Under the pieces are notes generated by a model that was given only the letters and a program-made list of their open reading frames with translations, had not been told where the DNA came from and ran no database searches. Below are positions 1 to 8,656 of a stretch of DNA of 32,000 bases, in pieces (the first letter of the stretch is position 1; each line of letters begins with the position of its first letter). A program made the translations under genes and the position numbers. The DNA comes from Saccharolobus solfataricus. Lineage in GTDB: Archaea; Thermoproteota; Thermoprotei_A; Sulfolobales; Sulfolobaceae. The stretch covers positions 1,170,001 to 1,202,000 of the forward strand of contig NZ_LT549890.1 of NCBI RefSeq assembly GCF_900079115.1, written 5' to 3'.

Positions 1-299
1 CAAAGGCCGTTTTTCACGTTCTAATTCCTTAGCTACATCTCGATCGAAACGACTAATTGTGAAAATTTCTAGTCTGATTTAATTTTACTATATGATATCG
101 AATAAGATGACTGCATGAGAACACTCCCGTTAATTGAGTATGAACATATATTAAAAATGACATTAAATTCAAAGAAATCCAATTTTATTTATATTATCAG
201 ATACATATAATTAAATTTTAGATTATTAATAATAAGAAAAACAGAGTAAATTTTCTTATGTTTGAAGAAATAATATAATACTCCTAACTAAATTTATAT

Positions 300-610
300 T
301 TGTAAGATGATTTTGGATCTACTGTTATGGACGGAGCATCCTCACCTCGCGATGAGGATTTCCTGCTTCTCAGAGAAAACCTCGATCCCCTTACCCATAG
401 CGGAGGTTACATCGAACTGAGCTGCAATGCCCCTTATGGAAGAGGGGTTATGGAGGGTTTGCTCTCCACAAGCATTAAGGGCAGTCCCACGACCCAGCTC
501 CTTCAGCCAAGGTCAGATTCGTTATTTATTACTTCTTGGTAATAAACTTTTCTATAAGGGGACTATCCATCCTTACGGAAGGGGACATTCGCCCCCTTAA
601 CCTCCATTAA
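300..610 (-). ncRNA. rnpB: Candidate RNase P RNA (archaeal type A-like); ends approximate
   Basis: GC-rich island inside an AT-rich spacer. Read on the minus strand it contains, in the canonical order: GGATAGTCCCC (rc of 558-568, CR-I-like GAGGAAAGUCC), GAGAGCAAACC (rc of 456-466, identical to the E. coli CR-II core as I recall it), GGGTAAGGGGAT (rc of 385-396, cf. GGUAAGGGUGA) and GTCCATAACAGTAG (rc of 319-332, cf. GUCCACGACAGAAC). Two hairpins have GNRA loops only on the minus strand: 567-582 (GUAA) and 340-357 (GCGA). ATAAAATA box about 25 nt upstream on the minus strand (around 629-636). Confidence 0.6.
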
Positions 611-744
611 GTTAAAGAGTTTATGGCTATTTTATGGATTGAATTTCTTGATGGATATGGTTTTAAGATAAGGGCTAAGAGACTTATTGAGGCCATATCA
701 ATCCATGATGAGTTGTTAGATCAGCTACAAAAATTAATAAGGGT

Positions 745-1296
745 TTACCCGAAGTTAACCTCTTTACCCTTTATCTCATCTTCGCAAATCTCTTCTGCCA
801 TCCTTTCCACGTTATCAAAGTACTTTACCTTTACAATCTTCCTATCATCAATGTAGTCTGGGAACGATTTAGCGAAATAGTCGGTACTAAGACCAGTATT
901 AGTCAACGCGTATATTGGTTTCCCCATTGCATAAGCCATCATTATCTCTATTTCAGTCCCCACACCACCTCCCAAGGATACTAATAAATCACCGGATCTA
1001 ACTAGGATTACGGATCTGCACCTAAATTCACAACCGGACTTAATGCAAATTACTTCCCTAGGAATTTCTATGTTTTCTTTCTCTATTGGCAATATTAAAA
1101 CTGTTTTTATATTCTCTCTTAAGGCCTCATCAACTACAACTCTCATTAGTCCCCAATATCCACCCAGTAAAAGTATTGGATTGCATGGTTTAATCGACCT
1201 TACGAATTTCCTTGCCTTTTCAGCTAACTCATGGTTAGATTCTTCGCTATGGGCAGCTATGGAAATAATCATGAGTATAATGAATCCTTTCTCCAT
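745..1296 (-). CDS. LOG / TIGR00725-family Rossmann-fold protein (SLOG-type, 'lysine decarboxylase-like')
   Basis: 183-aa ORF with LLLGGYWGLM ... SLGGGVGTEIE, the GGGxGTxxE signature of the LOG/TIGR00725 family. Lies 5 nt downstream of the preceding gene on the same strand. Confidence 0.7.
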   Translation of the reverse strand: MEKGFIILMIISIAAHSEESNHELAEKARKFVRSIKPCNPILLLGGYWGLMRVVVDEALRENIKTVLILPIEKENIEIPREVICIKSGCEFRCRSVILVRSGDLLVSLGGGVGTEIEIMMAYAMGKPIYALTNTGLSTDYFAKSFPDYIDDRKIVKVKYFDNVERMAEEICEDEIKGKEVNFG

Positions 1297-1301
1297 TTTT
1301 A

Positions 1302-1838
1302 TTAGTATCTCTTAAACCTAATAACTATCAGAGTGATAATATCAATAACTATTAAGATTACACCTAGAACTTCCGCTATTTCCTTATACTGAAGTATATC
1401 AACCTTATGGATTGTTATTTCGAGGTCAATAGGGTAAGTAGTGTTTTTTGTCGTTACTATCTCTTGATATTTCTCTATTTTTTGATATTCGTAAACGTAT
1501 ACTATATCGTTTGATTTATTAACAACAGTAGCGTTTACCACTTTTGTTAAAGTTATGGGAAACGTTTCGTTATATATTGAAAACTCCCATTTACCAGGGG
1601 TTAATTTAAAATATGAAGGTAATTTCACAATTTTCGTATACCCGTTATGAATAATCTGAACGTAGATCGTAACGTTACTATCATTCTCAAAAAGTCTAGC
1701 CGTAACATAAGCGATCTTAGGAACTGCAATGGAATAGGGGTTTGAAATACTTATTAATGATTGAATTGGCGAATTAATAGATAACACAGATAAAACTAAC
1801 AAGGAGAAACCTATAGTGGTGAGTAAACCAAATCTCAT
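1302..1838 (-). CDS. Secreted, C-terminally membrane-anchored protein of unknown function (N-glycosylation sequon-rich)
   Basis: 178-aa ORF with an N-terminal hydrophobic signal-like segment, a beta-rich middle carrying 6 N-x-S/T sequons, and a C-terminal TM helix followed by RFKRY. 4-nt gap to the upstream permease gene. Confidence 0.7.
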   Translation of the reverse strand: MRFGLLTTIGFSLLVLSVLSINSPIQSLISISNPYSIAVPKIAYVTARLFENDSNVTIYVQIIHNGYTKIVKLPSYFKLTPGKWEFSIYNETFPITLTKVVNATVVNKSNDIVYVYEYQKIEKYQEIVTTKNTTYPIDLEITIHKVDILQYKEIAEVLGVILIVIDIITLIVIRFKRY

Positions 1839-1842
1839 TTCA

Positions 1843-2580
1843 TCACACCTCTATCCTCTTGAACTTTAGTGCTGATATGGCGAATAATATCAATGATATC
1901 ACAGCCTCAGTATAAATTCCTACATTCAAATAAGGTACTCGTTTTTCGCTTACTGCTTCATAAATTAAAAACACATACGGGTTCGAAATAGTCGCTATGG
2001 GTGTTAATGATGAGTTCATTATTATTCCATAGTATCCTGCAATACCTCCAAAGATGAATAGAATTCCTATTATTGTTCCTGAAAGAAGAGTAACTATTCC
2101 TCCACTTCTAAATGAGAGGGCTATTAATAATACAATGTTTTCAGTGAAGAAATATCCAACAGTGTAGATTAGGACTAGATATTGGGGAACTGGAATATTT
2201 GAGAGAAATATGTAAAGTTCAGTTGTAAATAGCCAAAATAAATAAGGCAATATCACATCGCAAAAGTAAGTGAAGAAGAATAGGCTTATTCTCTTTATAG
2301 CCATCATCATAAAGGATATTATGGAACCCCTATAGATGTGATCACCAGTAACGAAAATGATGTTCCTCAAGGCTAAGGCAAAGGTCAAGGTTTCCGAAAC
2401 GCTTATTAAAGGCACGAAGGCTAAGACTAAACCATAATAATTGAACACTCCCCTAGCGTAAAACGCACTAATGAAAACGTTTGAAACTAACATTGTTGGG
2501 ATTACTAACTCAAGCGTAGGTTGCCTATATCTCTCCTTAAATATGAGTCTAAATATTTGAAAACTTCTTGAAGGCATCAT
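1843..2580 (-). CDS. Polytopic membrane protein, probable ABC-2-type permease partner
   Basis: 245-aa ORF, about 6 hydrophobic helices, overlapping the 3' end of the ABC ATPase gene (2549-2580). No specific motif recognised. Confidence 0.7.
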   Translation of the reverse strand: MMPSRSFQIFRLIFKERYRQPTLELVIPTMLVSNVFISAFYARGVFNYYGLVLAFVPLISVSETLTFALALRNIIFVTGDHIYRGSIISFMMMAIKRISLFFFTYFCDVILPYLFWLFTTELYIFLSNIPVPQYLVLIYTVGYFFTENIVLLIALSFRSGGIVTLLSGTIIGILFIFGGIAGYYGIIMNSSLTPIATISNPYVFLIYEAVSEKRVPYLNVGIYTEAVISLILFAISALKFKRIEV

Positions 2581-3409
2581 CTAGTGAGAACCTCCTAATA
2601 CTTATTATCTCGATTCCATTATCATCTAACTTATCTACTATCTCCCTTAACTTACCTTTAACCTTTATATAAGGTCCTTCAAGTATTCCTCCCAATAATT
2701 TCAAAGCTCTATCAGTATCGTCTACCATTACGTAAATTTCTTCCTCTTCGGTATCGCTTAAAGCCTTGTTCATCCTGCCTGAGTATGTAATTCTTCCGTC
2801 ATTAATAAATATTACATCAGTTATAACTTTTTCGAGCTCTGAGAGTATATGAGATGAAATGAAAAACGTTACACCATTTTTCCTATTCAACTCCTTCACT
2901 ACCTCATAAAACTCTATTCTAAAGGAGGGATCTAGATTGGCAGTGGGTTCGTCTGCTATTATCAACTCAACATCCTTTATTAATGCAGCTACTAATTGAA
3001 CTCTTTGGGCTAAACCAGAGGATAGTTGATAAAGCCTCTTATTAAGGTGAGGAGTTAACTTAAATTCCTCAATTAGATAGTTAATTATCTCCCTCTTTTT
3101 CCCATAAACATTTCCCAGATCCATCAAATATTCCCCTACTGTGTTCTCTTGAGGATGAATTAAGTTAGTGAAAATAACTGAAATTCTCTCCATGACCTTT
3201 GGGTTATCCCAAGGATCTTCACCAAATACTTTAACAAACCCTCCGTCCTTTCTTAACAACCCAGAAAGTATTTTTATTGTAGTCGTTTTTCCAGCACCAT
3301 TTGGTCCAATAAAACCAGTTATTGATCCACTTCTGAGTTTAAAACTAACGCCCTTAAGTACTTCTTTACCAGCAAACTTTTTCCTTAAATCCTCAACTTC
3401 AATAGTCAT
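2549..3409 (-). CDS. ABC transporter ATP-binding protein (ABC-2/exporter type)
   Basis: Walker [10 protein letters not shown], signature LSSGLAQR, Walker [14 protein letters not shown]-loop SSHIL. Confidence 0.92.
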   Translation of the reverse strand: MTIEVEDLRKKFAGKEVLKGVSFKLRSGSITGFIGPNGAGKTTTIKILSGLLRKDGGFVKVFGEDPWDNPKVMERISVIFTNLIHPQENTVGEYLMDLGNVYGKKREIINYLIEEFKLTPHLNKRLYQLSSGLAQRVQLVAALIKDVELIIADEPTANLDPSFRIEFYEVVKELNRKNGVTFFISSHILSELEKVITDVIFINDGRITYSGRMNKALSDTEEEEIYVMVDDTDRALKLLGGILEGPYIKVKGKLREIVDKLDDNGIEIISIRRFSLDDAFKKFSNI

Positions 3410-3449
3410 GTAATATAAATAGAAGAAAAAGGATAATTTATTATTTATT

Positions 3450-5204
3450 TTAAACTATCACAGCTTTCACTAACCCTGGAGGAGTATCTATCGGCAACCC
3501 TTTCCTAACTCCCAGTTTATAGGCCAATAAGTGTAACGGTATTACATTGCTTATGGGAGTTAAATCCCTAGTAGCCTTTATACTTTTCATATCACCATCT
3601 TCAGCAACGGTCACAATTACATCTCCTCTTTCCTTTATAGATCTAATAACCTTGTTATATAAATCCTCAGCCTCCACAGGTTTTATTAAAATTACGGGGT
3701 AACCTTTATTTGTTAGAACAATGGGACCGTGGAGGAGTTCTCCCAGCTGAATCCCCTCTGCGTGAGTCATCGAAGCTTCCTTAAACTTCAAAGCTCCTTC
3801 TAAGGCTATGGGGTAATTTATACCACTACTCGAAATGTATAAGCTTTCCTTGTCTAATTTAGGAGCCAATTTCTCTGCCTCTTTCTCCATCTCCGGTAAC
3901 CTTACCATTAACTGTTTAGCCAATTCTTCAATCTCACTTTTTAACGAACTGATCTCACTCCTATCGTTTTTACCAGAGTGAAGTCCAGTGTATAGCGAAA
4001 GCACTTTTAATACTACAATAGTTGAAGTGAAAGTTTTTGTCGCTGGTACAGCCATCTCTGGCCCAGCAGTTATTGGTAAGTACACGTTAGATTCTAAGGC
4101 TAATCTTGAACCTACAGAGTTGGTTATACCTAATATTACAGCCCCTCTTTGCTTAGCCATTTTAATACTCCTTATAACATCACTTGTCTCCCCACTTTGA
4201 CTTATAGCAATAATTACCGAACCAGTAGTCACGTTTTTCAAGGCGTAATAGGGAAACTCCGCTGCACTTACAACATTAACATTTAGGCTAATTTCAGAAA
4301 AGTAATATGATGAGATAAATCCAGCGTGAAGACTAGTCCCATTACCTATTATATAGACGTTCTTGGCACCATATACTATCATTGAGGCTAAGGAAAGGTA
4401 CTTTTCCATTAGAGAGTTAAATGAGTTTATTAACGCTTGGGGAATGTCATATATTTCCTTTAACATAAAATGTGGAAATCCACCCTTTTCAGCGATCTCC
4501 TCCTTATATTTAACTCTCTTAATTTCCGGTTTCACCTCATTACCTTCAATATTATACACCTTAACCTCATTCCAAGAGATCACTGCAATAGTATTTTCTG
4601 GTACTATTATTGCATTCTCCGCAATACCACTTAAAGAGGGCAAATCGCTAGAAACGTATTTACACTCTGGTGTGATGCCTATCATAAGGGGCTGACCGGA
4701 GTTTATTGCAAATATTTTATCAGCACCTATAGTTATGAAGGCAAGGGAGTAGATTCCCCTTACCCTTTTCAGAACGATTAATGAAGAGTTTAGGTAGTCT
4801 TCTGAATTCTCAAGTAGGTGTGGTATTATCTCAGTGTCCGTAGTGGAGACGAATTTATGCCCCTTGGTTATCAGATCATCCCTTATTTTCTCGTAATCAT
4901 CCAATATACCATCCATTACTACTGCTATTTTTCCATTACAATCAGTTAGCGGATGAGCGTTTTCTAAAGTTGGCCAACCCCTACTTGCATATCTAGTGTG
5001 ACCTATTGCAACTCTTGCCTTATCACTAACGTTTATCTCATTTTTTGAGATATTCCCTACAATTTTCTTTATCACCAAATCCCCGTCCTTAAGATAAGCA
5101 ATACCAGCACTATCATAGCCCCTATAAATAAGCTTCCTTAAACTCTTATTTATGATTGAAAGATCCATAGGATCCTTGCATACAAAGGCGAAAATTCCTC
5201 CCAT
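3450..5204 (-). CDS. glmS: Glutamine--fructose-6-phosphate aminotransferase family protein (GlmS paralogue with atypical glutaminase site)
   Basis: 584 aa, collinear with GlmS: [27 protein letters not shown] in the N-domain. Two SIS modules with [29 protein letters not shown] and a C-terminal LVKAVIV. N-terminus is MGGIF rather than MCGI. Confidence 0.9.
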   Translation of the reverse strand: MGGIFAFVCKDPMDLSIINKSLRKLIYRGYDSAGIAYLKDGDLVIKKIVGNISKNEINVSDKARVAIGHTRYASRGWPTLENAHPLTDCNGKIAVVMDGILDDYEKIRDDLITKGHKFVSTTDTEIIPHLLENSEDYLNSSLIVLKRVRGIYSLAFITIGADKIFAINSGQPLMIGITPECKYVSSDLPSLSGIAENAIIVPENTIAVISWNEVKVYNIEGNEVKPEIKRVKYKEEIAEKGGFPHFMLKEIYDIPQALINSFNSLMEKYLSLASMIVYGAKNVYIIGNGTSLHAGFISSYYFSEISLNVNVVSAAEFPYYALKNVTTGSVIIAISQSGETSDVIRSIKMAKQRGAVILGITNSVGSRLALESNVYLPITAGPEMAVPATKTFTSTIVVLKVLSLYTGLHSGKNDRSEISSLKSEIEELAKQLMVRLPEMEKEAEKLAPKLDKESLYISSSGINYPIALEGALKFKEASMTHAEGIQLGELLHGPIVLTNKGYPVILIKPVEAEDLYNKVIRSIKERGDVIVTVAEDGDMKSIKATRDLTPISNVIPLHLLAYKLGVRKGLPIDTPPGLVKAVIV

Positions 5205-5239
5205 ACTTAAAATCTTAACGGAGCCATAAAAAAGGACTT

Positions 5240-5722
5240 CTATTTCCCAATTAATGTGAATATAGCTAGAACAAGGCTATATACCTCTGGGTAAACTAAA
5301 GACAAACTACTAAACAGTTTTCTAATTTGAATTGGTTCAACATTACCGTTTAGTATTTTCATAACAGCTTCCCTTGGAATGCTAGTTTCCCTTAATTCAT
5401 TTTCAATCCTTCTTTTCAAATCCTCTTTAACCTCAAATGTCTTTAACGTACTGTACGTTGTAGCACTCTTAAGATCTCTAGCCTTCCATACGTCTTTATG
5501 ATTGACAATTGCGAAGACGATTGGAATTCCCAGATCAATATCCCCCAATTCCTTGTATATATGATAAAGGTAATACGCAGTATACACTTCATTTCCTATC
5601 GCATTCTGTAAGATTATGGCTAGCTCAATGAACCCCTTAACTTTCTCCTCATCCCTCATAACCCTATTAGCTATTATTGGAACAACGTAATGATACTCCT
5701 TCCTAAACTTCTCTAAATCCAT
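5240..5722 (-). CDS. Hypothetical protein (160 aa), third gene of the AlaX-like operon
   Basis: ORF overlaps the upstream gene by 10 nt. Composition is coding-like and no motif was recognised. Confidence 0.6.
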   Translation of the reverse strand: MDLEKFRKEYHYVVPIIANRVMRDEEKVKGFIELAIILQNAIGNEVYTAYYLYHIYKELGDIDLGIPIVFAIVNHKDVWKARDLKSATTYSTLKTFEVKEDLKRRIENELRETSIPREAVMKILNGNVEPIQIRKLFSSLSLVYPEVYSLVLAIFTLIGK

Positions 5723-7107
5723 TCTTCCACATCTCTGGCCTTTAACCCTAAAAACACCTTCTTTTCTCCATTTTCCTCTACGTAATTCTTATAAGCCCTA
5801 GCCAAATTTCTCTTGAACCATAAAACACCTCCACCTTCTAACCAATTGTAGGCTGTCTTAGAGCATTTTTCACCATCAAGGAAGTAAGTATAAACACACT
5901 CATCCCCATAGTATAATATCTTCTTTTTGTTTTCATATACAAACTCGGGGGATACTTCAGATATTTTTCCTGAGTCAGTAAATAAATCAACAGTTATGAA
6001 ATCACTAAAGAGTTCCGTTATCTTTTCGAACTCCCTCTTATCCATTAGGTGACTTATTTCACTCAACCTCTTGATCAACCTCTCATCAATATTGGGCTTC
6101 AAGATTATCTTATTAGCATAACCCTCCTTTCCACTACAGCCAAAGGGATGTTTCAAGCATACCTTTATATTTGAAAGTAAATTAAAAGTGCTTTGAGTCA
6201 TTGCATCGTAATTATCCTTATCAATCCATATGTAAATTTTATCACTATCGTTAATCATTCCACTTCTAGCTATAATTCTAGGCAATGGCGAAATTTCACT
6301 CACTACGTTAGACCTAGTAGGCATAATCTTTGGTGTAATAATTACGTTACATTCACCATCATCATAAAGTAAACAAACCTCCACATTTCTTTTCTCCCTC
6401 AATTTCTTGTATAATTTCAACGCCTTCTCCCATGAATTTACGAAAAGCGTAAATGCCTCCTTTAGCTTAAATACGTCTTCACCTTTAACGATCTCATAAT
6501 CTAAATCCCTAATCCTAAAATCCTCAATCAACTCAATCACTTCATAATTACCCCTACACTGATAATATCCCTCACCTTTCTTTACGCAATTTCTACCCTC
6601 TATTGCTTGTCCGTATTCATTAACTATCGAAATAGATACCACTCTTCTATTCCTAAATCTACGTCTTATTTCCTCCTCAAAGAATACTGAAGGTGTTGAA
6701 GTAGAGAATATGGCGTTAGTACCACTCCTTGCCAATTCGTCAGTAGTTGCAATCAACGCGTTATCTGACATCAACTGATATTCATCAAATACAAGGAGTG
6801 AGGTGAGAATTTCAAATCTAGGAATTTTGGAAATCGGATCACTGTAAAGGTTTAAAAGGAATTTACTGAAAGGTATTTGCGATACTTCATAGTCATTAGG
6901 AACTACTCGGGTTAATCTTGAAAAGTTATTAGTTGTATGTGTAGACAAGTAGTCTTCTAGTGGTAAAATTGCGTCCTTTAGATGACCAATAGGTAAATTT
7001 AAGATGAAGTTAGTATCTTCACACACTGAAAATTTTTTCCCATCAATTTCCCTTTCAGTTTCCTTACAGTTCAAAAGCTCAAAAACTTCTTCTATCATTC
7101 TTAACAC
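5713..7107 (-). CDS. Hypothetical protein with a degenerate P-loop helicase-like N-terminal core
   Basis: 464-aa [12 protein letters not shown] sits where a Walker A (xPTGxGKT) would be. LLVFDEYQ resembles motif II (DExQ), FSTSTP resembles motif III, and IIARSGMIN sits at a motif VI-like position. Overlaps both neighbouring genes. Fold assignment is weak and motif-only. Confidence 0.6.
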   Translation of the reverse strand: MLRMIEEVFELLNCKETEREIDGKKFSVCEDTNFILNLPIGHLKDAILPLEDYLSTHTTNNFSRLTRVVPNDYEVSQIPFSKFLLNLYSDPISKIPRFEILTSLLVFDEYQLMSDNALIATTDELARSGTNAIFSTSTPSVFFEEEIRRRFRNRRVVSISIVNEYGQAIEGRNCVKKGEGYYQCRGNYEVIELIEDFRIRDLDYEIVKGEDVFKLKEAFTLFVNSWEKALKLYKKLREKRNVEVCLLYDDGECNVIITPKIMPTRSNVVSEISPLPRIIARSGMINDSDKIYIWIDKDNYDAMTQSTFNLLSNIKVCLKHPFGCSGKEGYANKIILKPNIDERLIKRLSEISHLMDKREFEKITELFSDFITVDLFTDSGKISEVSPEFVYENKKKILYYGDECVYTYFLDGEKCSKTAYNWLEGGGVLWFKRNLARAYKNYVEENGEKKVFLGLKARDVEEWI

Positions 7108-7553
7108 TTTACGTTAAATGATATCTCAAGTAATTGTTTGTTATTTCTATACCTCCAGTAGTCCTTTATGATCTCCCCAACCTCAGAGGTACTCTTAGTG
7201 TGTTGTTTATTACAAGCGTTTATATTCCAATCTAGTATTATTACGATACTCAGCTCTTTAACCTCAGCTGGAACGGGAAAGAGATCGTAGATCTCATCTC
7301 CATATTTCTTTTCAGCCTCTTCCCTAGGTAAAACCTCAACTAGTATTGGAAGGCTTTCCCTAACCTTCTCATTGGCCAATTCAAAGACCTTATCCATTTC
7401 CTCATCGCTAGGTTTCCTCTCGAACTTTACTGTCAATCTGCCGTGATTACTATTAACATAAGTGCTTGTAGTCCACTTAGTATTTAATACCTTCCTTACA
7501 GCTCCTTTAACCACATGTAAAGCGGTGTGAGTGCGAACCTCAATCTGCTCCAT
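7101..7553 (-). CDS. alaX: AlaX-S-like tRNA editing domain protein (tRNA_SAD, HxxxH / CxxxH zinc motif)
   Basis: 150 aa. HTALH near the N-terminus and CNKQH near residue 113 are the two zinc-binding motifs of the Ala/Thr-tRNA synthetase second additional domain. Size matches stand-alone AlaX-S. Confidence 0.75.
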   Translation of the reverse strand: MEQIEVRTHTALHVVKGAVRKVLNTKWTTSTYVNSNHGRLTVKFERKPSDEEMDKVFELANEKVRESLPILVEVLPREEAEKKYGDEIYDLFPVPAEVKELSIVIILDWNINACNKQHTKSTSEVGEIIKDYWRYRNNKQLLEISFNVKC

Positions 7554-7588
7554 GCTAAATATATTATCTACAAAGCCTTTTATATAGT
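7554..7588. promoter_or_regulatory. Compact divergent promoter region with two crossed TATA-like boxes
   Basis: 35-bp spacer. AAATATATTA (7557-7567) is centred about 27 nt upstream of the + strand GTG at 7589. TATATAAAA (rc of 7577-7585) is centred about 28 nt upstream of the minus-strand ATG at 7553. Confidence 0.5.
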
Positions 7589-8596
7589 GTGACTAAGAGG
7601 AGTATAGGTTTCTCAATCTTCCCAGGTTGGAAAGAAATAAGAGAGGAGCAGATTAATTTATTAAAAAAGGCTAGAGATTTGGGATTTTCCGAAATATTCA
7701 TGGGTATTGGTCCCGGGACACATTGGAGGACTCCGGTAAGTGAGGCGTTTAGTATTGCTAAAGAAATCCTAGAAGAGGCTAATAAATTGGACTATTATAC
7801 CTTTGTGGATATAAACCCTCAAATTCTTAAAGAGTTGAACGCGTCTCCAAGGGATCTATCGAAATTTAAGAATATTGGCTTTAAGGGGGTTAGGGCTGAT
7901 TATGGATTTAGTAAAGAGGAAATTGTTGAAATGAGTAAGCAAATGACTGTTGAGTTAAACCCATTTGAGATAAGTGAAGAGGAAGTTGATTTCATTGTCA
8001 GAAATGCAAATCTTGAAAGGATTAGAGCTTGTCATAACTATTACCCAGTCTTATATAGTGGAATATCTAAAGAGGTCTTTCTGGAGAAGAATAGAATATT
8101 TAAGGAAAGAGGTATGGAGGTTGGTGCATTTATTGGTAATCCGAAATTCAATCTTCGAACCACACTAGAGGTTTTAAGATATGTCGAACCGTTCGATTCT
8201 GCCAACTACTTGTTCAAATTCGTTGACAGAGTTTTGATAGGAGACCCCATTCCAGATTATGAAAGTTTAAGACAAGTATCAGAAGTTTTCAAATCTGACA
8301 TTACGAAGATAAGGATTAAGGTATATGATGAAGGTGTGGGCAAAAAATTAGATAGAAAGTTTGTAGTAGATAAGGATAGGGAGTTCGCCATAGTATGTTA
8401 TACTAGGGATAATATATATGAAGGTGAAACGTGTTATACTAAATTATTTAAAAATGCGGTGGCAGTGAGGGGCAGAGAAGTATGGATATTCACTAGGGAT
8501 TTGGGAATTGGTCCCTACAGGTTAGTAGGGGAAATAGATGATATTAATATGGAAATTGTCAAAATGTCGAGTGAGATAATGTTAATTAGTAAATAA
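7589..8596 (+). CDS. MupG-like (DUF871) TIM-barrel glycosidase family protein
   Basis: 335 aa, GTG start. N-terminal IGFSIFPG and the central [14 protein letters not shown] match my recollection of the DUF871/MupG pattern (GiSvY ... HNFYPrxxTGLs). Length fits barrel plus C-terminal beta domain. Confidence 0.6.
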   Translation: MTKRSIGFSIFPGWKEIREEQINLLKKARDLGFSEIFMGIGPGTHWRTPVSEAFSIAKEILEEANKLDYYTFVDINPQILKELNASPRDLSKFKNIGFKGVRADYGFSKEEIVEMSKQMTVELNPFEISEEEVDFIVRNANLERIRACHNYYPVLYSGISKEVFLEKNRIFKERGMEVGAFIGNPKFNLRTTLEVLRYVEPFDSANYLFKFVDRVLIGDPIPDYESLRQVSEVFKSDITKIRIKVYDEGVGKKLDRKFVVDKDREFAIVCYTRDNIYEGETCYTKLFKNAVAVRGREVWIFTRDLGIGPYRLVGEIDDINMEIVKMSSEIMLISK

Positions 8597-8624
8597 TCAA
8601 GATTGAATCATTGTATGCAAAAGA

Positions 8625-8636
8625 TTTTTTATATTA
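8625..8636 (+). promoter_or_regulatory. TATA-like box for the binding-protein gene
   Basis: TTTTTTATATTA centred about 26 nt upstream of the GTG at 8657. Confidence 0.4.
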
Positions 8637-8656
8637 CTCCTTCCTAAATATATCCG

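Noticed and set aside
1-80. Possible partial gene at the left window edge
   Set aside because: The minus-strand frame reading ..EIFTISRFDRDVAKELEREKRPL is open only from 78 and has no ATG, GTG or TTG start. The + frames terminate within 25-80 nt. This is insufficient support.
327-542. 71-aa ORF (MDGASSPRDEDF...) on the + strand
   Set aside because: It lies entirely inside the GC-rich structured-RNA island. Openness of the frame is expected for GC-rich sequence in an AT-rich genome, and there is no promoter or RBS context.
300-610. Alternative identity of the RNA as SRP (7S) RNA
   Set aside because: A UGUAAC-like element and a GAAGCAGG element are present. They are in the wrong positions, and AGGTCAG is on the opposite strand from GAAGCAGG. 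The RNase P blocks are more numerous and correctly ordered.
623-856. 77-aa + strand ORF
   Set aside because: Its distal part is antisense to the LOG-like gene, the composition is low-complexity (Ser/Ile/Leu), and the proximal part is the likely promoter region of the RNA gene.
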